NCBI GenBank assembly: GCA_951406725.2
Contig: OX597814.1
Coordinates: 38,688,001 to 38,752,000 of the forward strand
Origin: Octopus vulgaris
Lineage: Eukaryota
Reading direction: 5' to 3'
DNA: 64,000 nt
A model generated the notes under the pieces. That model was not told the DNA's origin and made no database searches. It worked only from the letters and a program-made list of their open reading frames with translations. Of the stretch, positions 39,903 through 54,006 are shown piece after piece. A program made the translations under genes and the position numbers. The first letter of the stretch is position 1. Each line of letters starts with the position of its first letter.

Positions 39903-42450
39903 TTAATTTAATGTAATACGTTAAAACGCAAATCTGCTTCATATATCGGCAAATATTTTTGAGACAGAAAATGAAGACTTTACACTTCAGCTAAAGGAAA
40001 ATAACTTTCGTAAACCTTTAGCTCCTTCAATCATTACCCTTTATTTTCTCATTATTTGTTTTTGAATATTGAAATTAAGAGAATCAAGACTATTGAAAAG
40101 GTTGCAAGACGCAACGAAAATTTTAGGAAAATAATAAGAAATAAGTAGAAATTTTACCGGTGAGTGTGTTACATTATAAGACACAAAAAGAAAATGACTC
40201 TCCCCAGACAAAACAGAAATTAAGAGAATTTCTTATTTAATCAATTTTTTAAATAATGCTATTCATTATAGCGACCATTTATTTGTCTCATCCATAATCA
40301 TGCTATTATCTAAATAACCTTTGATCAGTTTGTCTTAAGGCAGCTCTAAACCTGCCTTTGTTGTGCGTATTAATTTTAAAAAATAGTTTTATTCCAACTA
40401 TTAACTATAATTACTAAGAAACAAAATGGTGGATGAGAATAAGAATATTGTGAATGAAATTTCATGAAATGCATTAGGATGACCTTTAAATAAAATTAAC
40501 TGGTCAACTCACTAACAAGATTTCGTATTGAACAAACTGTACCTAGCCGAAAAATAAAAGTACTTTTTCGAAAGCAGTAAGATATTTTTATGTATGCAAA
40601 CTAACATTATCACGTGAAACACACCCAGCTATTGCGAGTATTGTAAAATGACTCTAAACAAGTGCTAAAAAAATCGAAGTGCATTGTCTATAATGATTAG
40701 GAAATATATAAAACAAACTGGCAGATAGAATTAAGAGACGAAATTTATGCAAATAAAATAAAAGCAAAAGTGCGCTTTGGGAAATGGCAAACTAATGGAA
40801 TAAATCAATGAGGAATTTAGATATATCCTGCAACCAACAAATGAAGTGCTTTCACAATAATCTCTGATATATATTATCTTTTTAATGGCGGAATTATTGC
40901 GGTAACCAATATATGAACTGCTGTAGTAATAATGATAGTTTGCTATAATGGCGAGTAATGCAAATATCTAGGAGGCAATCAATTCTGTCAGTTTGCCAAC
41001 GTGTAAGCACCGAAACTAAAGAGAAGATTAAAGTTTCTTAAACTAGAGACAATGAAATATAGCATTGTGCCCGAAAAAAAATTAAAACTGAAGAGTTACT
41101 ACACTCTGATCTCTATGACAAGTGGAATTAAAATTAGGATTTAATCTTCCATAAGAAGAAATTGGACAAATATTTAACTTCGTTTGCCTTGCGGTATATT
41201 GTCATGACCAAACAAAAATTTTAAATAAGAGCAGTTATTTTCAAGCAGAGGTGTCGAAAAGGAAACTTTGTTTTATGATAACTATTTTTAGACCTTCACC
41301 AAACTTGATTGCTATCCTTCTCTCCATTTCCGAGGTGCTAGGGGAATAGTTGATTGAAATTTTCCAAGAACATGTTCCTCGTATGTATTCTATTTAGGTC
41401 AGAGAGCTGAAAATCAAATAAAATAACCAGTACCAATACTATTATCACCAGTTCCACTGCAGAGATATTTACAATTAGACAAGTGCTTGGGTAACTTAAT
41501 ATTCCATTTGATAACGTTGTTTAATCTTAATTATTCTAACGATTAACACTAAAAGGAAAATCTTATTGAAGAATACCTCAACATACTGTGAAACTACAGT
41601 ATTCTTCCATCTTATAAGGTCGTAGAGCTATAATAGTTTAAGAAAATTAGGGTGATATTTCTAACAACTAATCTACAATACACTTGTACATGTTCGATTG
41701 TGTTATTCAAATCGTATATGTAATTTCGTCACATTTACTAATTATATATGCTGGTAAGATCATTCGTGTTGTAATTTTAACTGAAAGCAATGTATTTTAC
41801 TTGATCTCATGGAAGCAACATACAAATCCATCCCACATTTCAACGTTCTTCCAGAATGCACACCACATTAGAGAAATAAGTCCACCCTACTCTGAGAAAC
41901 AGAAACGACATAATGACAGCTAGAATGATTTCCATCAAAGGTATGTGTCATTAGCGTAACATCTCATTATTCAACAAACAGGAAGATTATAAATTGCATT
42001 TTCGTCTCCAGTTCACGATTAACATAGATAGCAGTATATGGTCATACAACAATCGTATCCAGTATACACAGAAAATGAGCAACGTTGAAGTACTTAAACT
42101 TCAGCCTTTCATCATGATATTTTGGTATTGAAAATACAAATAACCCATTAACAATCCCTTCTAGAGTTTCAACGTCGATACTCATACGAAACAAGAACAA
42201 AAGCATGATGTCATATAAATTTTGTAAGTGCGAAGTACATTTTCGCAAAAACAGCAACAACAACAACAAAAATAGCAAAACAAACGAATGAATTATCAAC
42301 GGGTGAAATCTAGAATTTTTTTTTTTGCGAAAGAACATTGAAAAGCATTACATTCCATATCATAAATTTGGTTTAATAATTGAAAATCTTCCACAACACT
42401 CAGTCAAACATATAGACTCATCAGTCTATATGTGCACACATCAGGCACAT

Positions 42451-42495
<45 letters not shown>

Positions 42496-42690
42496 GGATG
42501 TTTCGTTGCGAATGCCAAGCGGTGCATTAAGTTGTTTCCAAATTTCTGGCGGAGCGAATTGCATCAATGTGTTGTTTTCTCATGAACGGTGCCCAACTGG
42601 CCCTACAATAACATGTAATCGACAAAATCAGAAACAATGTCCATCTCAGAGATTAAAAGTATAAGAGGGTGTCAATTCATCCATAGTAAC

Positions 42691-42693
<3 letters not shown>

Positions 42694-42776
<83 letters not shown>

Positions 42777-42791
42777 ATGTATATGTATATA

Positions 42792-42854
<63 letters not shown>

Positions 42855-42939
42855 ATATATATGTATATATGTATATATATATATATATGTATATATATGT
42901 ATATATATATGTATATATGTATATATATATGTATATATG

Positions 42940-42994
<55 letters not shown>

Positions 42995-43050
42995 ATATAT
43001 ATATATATATGTATATATATGTGTGTGTGTATGTGTGTGTGTGTATATAT
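42694..43050. repeat. Long compound (TA)n/(TATG) tract
   Basis: About 350 bp of alternating purine-pyrimidine sequence. Confidence 0.98.
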
Positions 43051-44446
43051 ACACAATAGTATACAAAAATATCCTAATGAGGTTTAATATAATAGTTTCC
43101 AATTAATCAACCTGTATGTTATTCAACATGGTAGTTCTCCTCTATGATGGGATGCTTACTGCAATTACGCTAGGATAATTCGTAGCTATTTTTACGAAGC
43201 ACGAGGCCTATGTGTATACGAAAAGAAAAGAGTGTAAAAATGCGCTGAAGATCACATATTAAATTATCCATCTACTCCTCAATAAATTCTCCTCTTATTC
43301 TCTCCCGCTCGTCAATTGCAAGGTGAAAATGTATTTACGTCTTTATTATACACACAGGGTCGCTCTCTAGAACTCTCTGACAAGCTCACTCTCTCTTTCT
43401 GTCAAACTCTCCCTTTCACACACGCATACATGCATACAGGCATACACACAGACACACAGATATTTTCAAATGTATGTGAAGGTACATGTATGCATAAAAT
43501 TTGTCTACTTTTTAGCATTTTTTCGTGCATTTATCTCCTTCGTGGCAATTGTGCATATAGTTACATAATACGTGCTCAATGAATTATATGCATGCATAGA
43601 AACACACACATGTACAAACACACGAACTACCTGACTTTTTAATAACGACGCCAATAAGATGTCCTTGATAATGTGTAAGCGCGATCAGGGATTACAAACA
43701 TGTAATAAAACTATAGCGCCTTGAATTATATCTCACGTATTATAATTTTCTTTCTGGTATTCTTCAGATCTTGCTTTTCGCTCTTAAGTATTTTTTCCAT
43801 ACGCATTGTAATTTATTTTTATTCTATACTAACTCATTTGTTCCTTTGTTTATTTTATTCTAGGGCTGATGCAAATGTTTTCTCTTTATTTTTTTTTTAC
43901 TGTGTGTGTGTTATTTCATTTCGCTTTTGAAATTTGCCAGTACATTTACCAACCACTATATTTCTTTAAATAATCTAAAAATATTGTTTCATTTCACTAT
44001 ATTTTACTTCGAAATATTTTGTTCAATTATTTTTATGTGCACGTTTGACTGATGTAGAAGTTTGATGCTAATAATTTCTATTTATTAAAATCTTCATTCT
44101 TAAAATCGTTAGATCTTTATATTAAGTGGTCAGTATTATTATTTTGAGTTGTCTTAGTTTATTTCTTAGAATTCTCATAGACATAAGTAGGAGATGAAAT
44201 AAATAAAAAAAAAAACAGAAGGGTGACATTGTGTGCCTATGCATTTGTCTGTGAGAAATGAAAGTAGATTCATCGTCTGATTATATGTTTCAACAAGAAA
44301 AACTACAATTCCGTTTCAGTACCGATTTTATTTACTTTCTATTGATTACACATTTTCAGTTCGCTTCTCGATATTACTGGCAAATTTTATCTTTCCTTTC
44401 CCCCCATCTCTTCAGTTTTAATATGTATATATATATATAACTATAC

Positions 44447-44498
<52 letters not shown>

Positions 44499-44641
44499 CG
44501 TGTGTGTATATATTTATATATATATGTATATATATATATATATATACAATACATCTATACATTCATATATATATACATATATACAATACATATATAAACA
44601 TTCATATATACAATTATATATATACATATATATATACATTC

Positions 44642-44697
<56 letters not shown>

Positions 44698-44719
44698 GTT
44701 CATGCATTTTTATGTGAAG

Positions 44720-45000
44720 ATCTATTCCTTTGTGTTCAGTGTTCTCGACACTTGATCGTAAGTCCAGCTACGGGTGGCATGTCTTTTCCTGAGCAAGACT
44801 CTTTATTCCACGTTGTTTCCACCCACGCAGATAGCAAATATGCACCTGCAATCCAATTAGCCATTCGTTTAACATCCTGTGTCACGCTGAATCTCCCTCA
44901 GAACTAAGTGAAGTTGAGTGGTCTTCTGACAATTGTACTTGAATATTACGGGCAACTTCTCGTTAATAGTATCAAGTGGAACACACGCCGTCGTAACCCA
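44720..45000 (+). mobile_element. SINE family C, diverged
   Basis: ctgagcaagactcttta...tgtgtcacgctgaatctccc...cgtcgtaacc is the reverse complement of the 6903-7075 body. Confidence 0.65.
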
Positions 45001-45015
45001 TGGGGAAGTTATACA

Positions 45016-45084
<69 letters not shown>

Positions 45085-45423
45085 GTAAATATGCATGCAT
45101 GTACGAATGTATATGTATGTGTGTGTGTGTATGTCGGCGTGTACATAAATATGATGGTAGTCCATTCGTAACCGAAGAAGATCACTGCTGACATTCAGGA
45201 ACATTGTGCGCTTGAGGATTAAATTATATTTTGCATTTGCGACTCCGTTGTTGGCTAATGAGCCCAGCCCTTGAAAAGCATACACGATTGCAAACATTTC
45301 AAACCAAGCTTTGCACATTCACTACACCAACAGTGTGCTGTCGAGCAACACACTTAATTTCTTCATGCAGAATATAAACTATTGCAGCATGCTGGATGTT
45401 TATACTTCATCTAAAAACACACA

Positions 45424-45618
45424 AAAACCGTTAGATTTACTTCAAAATTTTAATTTAATTTGTCAAATTATTTTCGTCGCTTTGAGACCGCGACCGGTTC
45501 ACAGACAAAATTCCGAGATGCTGCACGGAATTTTGTCAGCGAACAAGTCGCGGTCTCAAAGCGACGAAATTATTTTGACAAATTATATTTAAATTTTGAA
45601 GTGAATCTAACGGTTTTT
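45424..45618. repeat. Fold-back: ~92-bp inverted arms with 10-nt loop, each arm with hammerhead-like architecture
   Basis: aaaaccgttagat...aattccg / agatgctgca / cggaatt...atctaacggtttt. Confidence 0.95.
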
Positions 45619-45663
45619 TATGCTATCAAATGTCTTATAAACACTTTGCACGCTCTGTGCGTG

Positions 45664-45733
<70 letters not shown>

Positions 45734-46949
45734 TATATATATATATATGAATATATTGTGTGTCTGAATCTGTGTGTGTGTGTAGAATTACTTCGGTTGT
45801 CTGATAAAGTCGCAGCATCGGCCAAAACACTGAACCAAACCCTGGTTGCTTCATGATCTCCGAGGTGAGGGATTATGCTGTTTCTCTAATATAATGATTT
45901 TGGTCTTCGCACACACACAAGTGAAACATGATACTCCCAATTATTATGCTGCATCATTTCCGGGAAACTGACAATCGAACAGGCACATGTGTTGCTATTA
46001 GTATGTAATTCGCTAAATTCCAAATTGCTGTAGAATTCCCAACAAAGAGAAATTTAACACAATATTTGCTATCTAACTATCTATTGATTTATTCATTAGT
46101 AATTAGTTTTTCTCTAAACAAACTTATCTGCTTGGCCTCAACTAATTATAGTATGATTTAATCTGATAATATAATTGCGCAGTATTACTATGTGCATAAA
46201 ATTATATACATGCACACATGCGCACATATATGTGTGTGTATGTGTGTGCATGTATGTACTTACACATAAATGTACGTGTGTAAGTGTCAGTAGTTAAATA
46301 GCAGTTCGTTAAAAGACTACGGGGATTATTATGGTGTGCGGGAGCGATAAACAATTACGAGGTTAGCTAATTAAAACATGTGGAGGAAAATGTGTGCGTA
46401 TATTAAACGAAACAATAAAACAATGAAAAAAAACTCTACAACTATAATAATTATGCACAGTGGAGATAATTCCGCCATATGAAAGAATAAATGTGGATTT
46501 AACATTTCAGAATATACTCTTTATGTAAACGAATAGAATCAAGAGTTATAGGGTAAAGAACGAAAAAAAGACACCGTTATTTCAAAGTCTTTACGTAGCC
46601 AGTTTCGCTTAAAAAGAAATTTGAAGGGGAGGGGATACTATTCTCGGAAGCGGGGACATTATTCTGGGCCGTAGTGAAAATAAACTGTAACATTATTTGT
46701 GTAGGGAATACAACGTCTCAAGTATTTATGTATAGAACACTCAATATTTCATATAATACACACAGGTAGGATAGTAAGTATGTATACAAGTAACATAAAC
46801 ATGTTCACTGTGCGTGTGTAATAGGGTACGGTGAGGGGAAATATATGGTAGCGCAGATGCTTGAAGATATTTTCTATTGGTGAACAATTTGGTGCTTCAT
46901 ATAGTAGTATGACTGTGTGTGCCACCAAAAAGATTGCAGTTATGTTTCT

Positions 46950-48750
46950 ATACCAGTGTACGTGAGAAAGAAGGGGAGCAATGAGTGGAGTAAGTTACAT
47001 TTCTATGTTTGTATATATAAATGATATTAGAGTCCTTATCCCTGAGAAATATAATCAAGTTCCGAATGGGATTCAGTGCAAGAAAATTGTATCTTGTTCA
47101 ATGATGTACCCTCCCTATTTATGCCTCGGAGAGAGAAGCAACTGAGGCAGAAGATGAAGCGTTGTTCTTTGTAAGAATGTGAAGCAGAGTTAATATGGGT
47201 TGAAATTATACAGCATATGGTAGGATGAATATAGTGTCTGGGCGCATCTTGAGCTAGCGATTAATATGTGATGTGCTGTTGTTTATACCGATATCACTTA
47301 GATATTGTTATAAATATCTACACTGTACCTCTTTGTCTAATATATTAGAGGCCACAGAAAAAGTGATTTAAAATTGTAAATGACTTTTCTAGTTTTATAT
47401 GTGAAATGGTCAATGGTAAGGAAATGACCTTAGTAGGGCCCAAAAAGTGTAGCAGTGTTGCGGACATAAGAATACATGTAAGTTAAAGCTACCAATGGAG
47501 TAGATAAAGACCTAGTTACGTGCTAAATAGATACTTACTGAAAGATCATGCAAAGTCGGAACATGCTCGGAGTGGAATAAATGGTCGTGAAATATAAATG
47601 ACATGGGGTCTCTAAGTGAAGTGTGTAGGATGGACCATCGTAGTGAAAAGCTGTATTAAAGAAAATATAGTCATGGAATGGAATGGAATGGTAGACAGAA
47701 GTATTTAAGAATAGTAGAAAAAGTATAAAGTATAGCGTGTAATTATTTTCATTAATTATGTTTGTAAGGTCTCGAACAAAGCTTTTAGGACTCTTTAGGT
47801 AGTATTTAGAAATTACTAAAGCATATCTGTTATGAATAGAGTGAGGAAGCGTTGAGCAAAGATCCTGACTTTGTAAATTTTCAGGATATAATAGGTGATT
47901 GTGTAGGGGAATGTATGATATCATTGATACCACTCGAGGAAGCGGTGTAAATAGTGGTTTCAGATCTCTCATAATGTAGACCATAAGAATTGGATGGGTT
48001 AGTTAAATTAAGAAGGTAGATTTTGATAGAAAAGAGAATCATTGTATTGGTGCATTACTTCCCCACCCATTTTGATTACATTATAATCATTGCATATGAG
48101 TTGGAGTACATAACTAGATAAATTAACGAATGTAAAACAGTTCGCCAACCATCAACGCAATTACTAAATTCACATATGCACATTCAAATCCCATTCAGAT
48201 TCAAATCAGCACATTAAAGAAAGAACTGCCACGGTGAGAGAATTGAAATGAATCTTGTAGCTGGTTGTATTGTTTAGTGTCAAGGTCAGTCAATTCATCA
48301 CAACTAGATAGCTAGAGAATTTATAACTGAAACATTGAAAATGTCTTTTCGGTTTTGCTAAGCTCCTCGGCACAAGTGAAAAGTTTATGTACCCGAGGTC
48401 TCTAGAAAGAAAGGTGAACTCAGATTAAGAAAGAAATAGGCGAAGGAGTAGCATGACTATAACTGTGGAGATTGGAAGCTCAGATGAGAAGTTATGTATT
48501 AGATGGAGTGGTAACAGAAGAGTGAACTGTGAACAACGATGATTGTGAAAGCGAGAGGGATTTCCATAATTCATTATAGAACAGAGATTGCATGAGGTTG
48601 CACAGCAGTAGTATGCCACAGACTGTGTGTTATGCAATAGGAGAGATACAACATGAAATGGGTGACCAATTCGGACAGAACTGGGGTGTAAATGACGAAA
48701 AGTGAAGGAAGGTGAGAAAGATAGCTGATTTAACAAATTTCAACAACTAG
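46950..48750 (-). mobile_element. Decayed Penelope-like element (RT thumb + GIY-YIG)
   Basis: LNTSVYH...DYIFFN; HFTYKTRKVIYN...CGL*YIRQ (compare FTC.T.NVIY.I.C..C...YIGQT); EQDTIFL near the end. Confidence 0.6.
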
Positions 48751-49009
48751 TCAACTGTTTTAAAGGAAATCATAGATTATCTGATGTAGTTCCTTATATC
48801 ACAATTGCATATCTGTTTGAAATAATTATCATGGACTGTCTTTTTCTTCTTTATTACATCTATCTTCATGTAACATATTTATAAATGTATAGCAGTTTAT
48901 CAAATATTTATCTTTATCATTTACGCGACCTATAATCTTAAAGTTAGATCGGGATAGAGTAATACAGTTCGATTAACACAGAAGTTATCTTTTCTTACGC
49001 ATTCTCCAT

Positions 49010-49180
49010 ACGTATGCACTTCGTATACCATGGAGAATTTTGTTAATATGGATTGAATTAATATATACATCAACCGTTTAATTTGTTCTCTCTCCTCCTT
49101 AATTTTCTGTTCCTGAAGCTCTATCAGAGCATTAATTGGTTGAGCTGTATACAGTGGGTATCAATATCACTTACTTCATC

Positions 49181-49271
<91 letters not shown>

Positions 49272-50065
49272 TACAAACACATATTGAAGAAATAAGTGAT
49301 ATAGTTATCCATTTTATACAGGTCAACCGATTAGCGCCCCGATAGTGCTTCAGGAATATAAAATTGAGGAGAGAAAACAAATTCAACGGTCGATGTATAT
49401 ATTCATTCAATCCATATTAACGAAATTCTGTATGGTATACAAAGTACATACATAGATGCATTCATCTGTATGATATTTAAAAATTTCTAAGAATTTAGAA
49501 ATACATACAACTACACGAAACATTTTAAATATACAAGAATTCATATATAAATTCATATATAAATTTATAAACACCCAAACAATTCATAAATATAAATATA
49601 TAAAAATATGATTTCATAAATGTACTTGCGAAGTCCGAATGTTCGAATTTGAATCAATAAAGTACATGATAAAGCGGATGTAAAATGATTCATAAGGAGT
49701 CTGGAACATGTATACACAAACTTTATATCTGTTCCATACTCCTTATGAATGATTTTATATCCACTTTATCATCCTCTTCGTTGATTCAAATTCGAAAATT
49801 CGGACATAGCAAGTACTTTTATGGACTTATATTTTTAAATATCTATACTAATGAATTTCTTATGTGTTTATAAATTTTCTTGTCCATGAATCTTTATATA
49901 TTTATAAATGTTCGTATATGTGTATTTATAAATTCTTACAAATTTTTCATATATCACATAGATGATGCATCTATGTATGTACTTTGTATTCCATGAGAAT
50001 TTTGTTAATATGGATTGAATGAATACATACATCGACCGTTGAATTTGTCTTCTCTCATCCTTAAT
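49010..50065. repeat. Three alternately oriented copies of one repeat forming overlapping fold-backs
   Basis: gagaattttgttaatatggattgaat at ~49032 and ~49995, reverse complement at ~49405-49430; symmetry centres at the (TA)(TG) tract ~49230 and at ~49720. Confidence 0.88.
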
Positions 50066-50701
50066 CTTATATATGTTTATGTTTGTGCTCGTGTGTGACT
50101 GTGTATATGTATGTGTGTCTTTATGTGTGGGGGTGGCTGTAAAGAATATACATTATTATGCGACAATATTTCTAGAAATATCATGTAGAAGTATATAAAA
50201 TGTGAATGTAAAAGCATATGCATAAGCACATATAGAAATGTATGGAAGCTGCGATTATAAAATGTTAGTGTTAACCCATATCAATGCGAAAAATAGAGGA
50301 GAAGCACTTAGCATTAACTTATAGAAACATGAAATTAAATGATGTATGTATCTTTTACATATTGCGCTTAGCCATTGCAAGACAAATAACCGAGTGTAGA
50401 ACTCAATCTAGGTTCTCTTCAGAACAAAAGTTTTAGACAAATATCAAGCGGTAATAAGAAAAAGAGATAAGAAAAGAATAAATTACAATTGTATATACTC
50501 CATCAGCTTACAACTCCTAATATAAAATGACGTGGATTCATACTTCTGTGCTTGAATAACTTCCTAAGCTTTGTCGGAACCTCGAATGTAAAGTCCAATT
50601 TATTTGAGAGATAATTACATTTGTCCATAGATAGACAAAGGCATATTGTGTAACTCAATATAGGTGTATAAGTGGAAGTCCCAAGGAAATTAGTCGTGGT
50701 A

Positions 50702-50744
<43 letters not shown>

Positions 50745-50747
<3 letters not shown>

Positions 50748-51360
50748 GACGAATGCAAAATGTTGTATGTGGGTAGCACAACAAAACCGTTACTCGTCCG
50801 CATCAAAGTACATCTGCACACGAGAGCGTCCTCCTTCAGAAAATATCTAGACAGATGCCGGAACACCAACAAAAGCATAATAGTCACAATTGTGGCCAAT
50901 GAAAGAAATTTGGGTAATTTAAGAATTAAGGAAGCTATACTCATTCAGTGACTAGGGCCCCAAATTACCAACAGCCTCGGGGTTGGTAATCAATAAGTTA
51001 TTTATATACATCTGAATGCGTATAGGTTCATTTTTGATAATATTCTCATCTGTAGTTTATAACGAAAAGAGAGAAGAGAAAAAAAGGGTAAAAGGAGGCT
51101 GCACGTATAATAAGTAACTTAGAAGTAGCACTACTGATGTACCAGCACACATAAGATTGAGACATGGCCGAACTCACAAACTTTTCATGAGGAATTCCGG
51201 AAATCGTTAGACCAGTGTTGAGACGCTTCCAAAAAAATAACTAAAAAGCCGTCAGAAAACCGATTACAGCTGCGTCCCCATATAAGAATATCTGAAGAAG
51301 GAATATTATTCAAAAATCATATCAGACTATGGATGACTAAATTACAACATGTGTATAACA
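50745..51360 (+). mobile_element. Penelope-like 3' fragment: GIY-YIG endonuclease + pLTR
   Basis: ORF 50760-50951 LYVGSTTKPLLVRIKVH...LRIKEAILIQ..PQI; downstream ATAT-CTGAAGA-A-GGAAT-ATT-ATTC-AAAA degenerate hammerhead. Confidence 0.8.
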
Positions 51361-51489
51361 CATTGTCTGTATTATAGTGCATTCTTGTAGCATTCAACAT
51401 TTTGTTATTCTTTACATATATATGTATATGTATGTAAGATAGAAAGATATATATATATATAATTGCATATGTATAGATGTATATGTATC

Positions 51490-51546
<57 letters not shown>

Positions 51547-51566
51547 GTATGTTTGGATTTATTCCC

Positions 51567-51599
<33 letters not shown>

Positions 51600-51601
51600 T
51601 C

Positions 51602-51642
<41 letters not shown>

Positions 51643-51670
51643 TAGTTTGAGTGAATAACATATACATATA

Positions 51671-51860
51671 TCAGTAGCCACCACACACATTTTTTTCACC
51701 CCTTCTTTCTATCCTTGTTTCTTCTGTGTCCCTTTCTGTAGAAGAGCGTAGGCTCGAAACGTAAAAGCCTTTTTCCATTCCTGAGCGTTATACTAATACA
51801 TTTGTTTGTTTTATACACCACCTGTCTTCGTCTTTTGTTTTTTTTCGTGAACTACCCCTA
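51671..51860 (+). mobile_element. Short Penelope pLTR-derived repeat (family D)
   Basis: Matches the reverse complement of 15312-15500; carries a hammerhead-like motif at 51732-51767. Confidence 0.72.
51732..51767 (+). ncRNA. Minimal hammerhead-like motif with non-canonical U at core position 6
   Basis: CTTT-CTGTAGA-A-GAGC-GTAG-GCTC-GAAAC-GTA-AAAG: stem I CUUU/AAAG, stem II GAGC/GCUC, GUA triplet. Confidence 0.6.
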
Positions 51861-51915
51861 TATGTATGCATATATGTATATACATACATATTTATATGCA
51901 TGTATATTTATATTC

Positions 51916-51976
<61 letters not shown>

Positions 51977-52046
51977 TACACACACACACACAATATGTAT
52001 ATATATATATGTGTGTGTGTATATATATAGTTAGTGAGAACAAGCT

Positions 52047-52373
52047 ACAGAATATCAAGTATTAATGGAGTACGACCGTTTCTAGCGGATCTATTTTATT
52101 GAACAATGCAATCATTACATCAATTTAAATGCAAGGCTTCATGTGATACTTGGGAGTATAAAGTATTCTGAGCTGCTATAGCGACAACATCAATGTGTTG
52201 CATTTTCTTGCTGTGTTAAAATGTTTGAGAAATTTTATGTGTCCTACTTTTTTTTTTAATCCTATTTATTTATTTGTGAGGCTGCAGATAGCACCGCATT
52301 AAAATTAATTCCATTGTTCAATTAAATGAAGTCGCTCGAAACGGTCGTACTGCATTACTACTTGATATCCTGT
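52047..52373. repeat. Fold-back with GAAAC-GGTC hammerhead 3' halves in both arms
   Basis: atatcaagta...gtacgaccgtttc.agcg versus cgct.gaaacggtcgtac...tacttgatat. Confidence 0.8.
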
Positions 52374-52539
52374 TTATAAATTTTGATTTCATTCACCTTA
52401 CTTCGCCCTATGCTGATAATCCGAGGCTGACTCTCTGTCTCTCTCTCACTCTGTGTCTCTGTCTCTGTCTCTGTCTCTGTCTCTGTCTCTCTTTGTGAAA
52501 GATGATGTGCCTTGAATGGCAGAACCATACACTATAAAA

Positions 52540-53200
52540 GCAGCAATGGACTATAATAACTGTTATATTTTAGTTATTCATAGTTTCAGATAATTATAAA
52601 ATTTCGGAGTACAGCAATTCATTTTTCAGATATCGCTAGGAACCGTTCGAGTCTCTACTACAATCGGTTTTCCAACAGTTACGGAATTTTATTTTTTCTG
52701 GGTGCGTCTCAGCAGTTCTGTCACGAAGTACCTTCCGGAATTTCTCATGAGTAGTGCGTGAGGGGTGCCATGTCAGACGCTCGTGTATTGGCACATCCGC
52801 AGCGCTGCTACTAAGTTATGTATTATACATGAAGTTATTTTTTCCTTTTTCATTCATTGTTTTTCGATTAATACATGAGCATGTTATCAAAAACGAATCT
52901 ACACGCATGCAGCTGTAGCTAAATAATATATTGATTGCAAACCTACAGCCTGTTGTAAATTTGAGGCCATCGTCTGTCTACGAGGATTGCTTACTTAATT
53001 TTTAGACTACTGCAGAGACGCTTCCTAGGAAAAAAAAATTAAATTCCAATAATCCTTCGAAAACTTATTGTAGCAGTTATGCGAACACTTCCTAGCGATA
53101 TCTGAAGGAAGATGGTATATTTTGCACTCTGAAATATTATTATTATATCAGACTATGGATAATTAAATTATAGCAGTTATTATTGTCCATTCTTATTATT
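52540..53200 (-). mobile_element. Penelope-like 3' fragment (related to 50745-51360) plus inverted pLTR copy
   Basis: 52660-53005 is reverse-complement similar to 50915-51270; 52540-52650 is inverted relative to 53080-53195 (cctagcgatatctgaa...gaaat...actatg). Confidence 0.7.
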
Positions 53201-53422
53201 GTAGTCCATTGTTGTTATTGTAGTGCATTTACTAACAATAAACAATGATTCAAGCGAACGACAATACTCTCATATACACGTGTGTATAAATATATACATG
53301 CATATATATAGATGTATGAATATATATATATATATATGTCTATATATATATATATATATCGATATATATTTGTATATATATTTATATGTATTTATGTATA
53401 TATATCTTTATAAATATGTACA

Positions 53423-53481
<59 letters not shown>

Positions 53482-53529
53482 ATATATATATGTGTGTGTA
53501 TATGTGTGTATATGTGTGTGTGTGTGTGT

Positions 53530-53844
<315 letters not shown>

Positions 53845-54006
53845 GTATATAGAGACTTACACGCACGCAAAAAGAATATACATAGATAAGCATTTGTACA
53901 CCATCCACGAAGAAACTACTGGCAAATCGGGTGATAAGATCTAGTTCATAATCCCTTTTGCAATACAAATATGGACGAACTTTACTAAGAAATTATTGAT
54001 CGTTGT

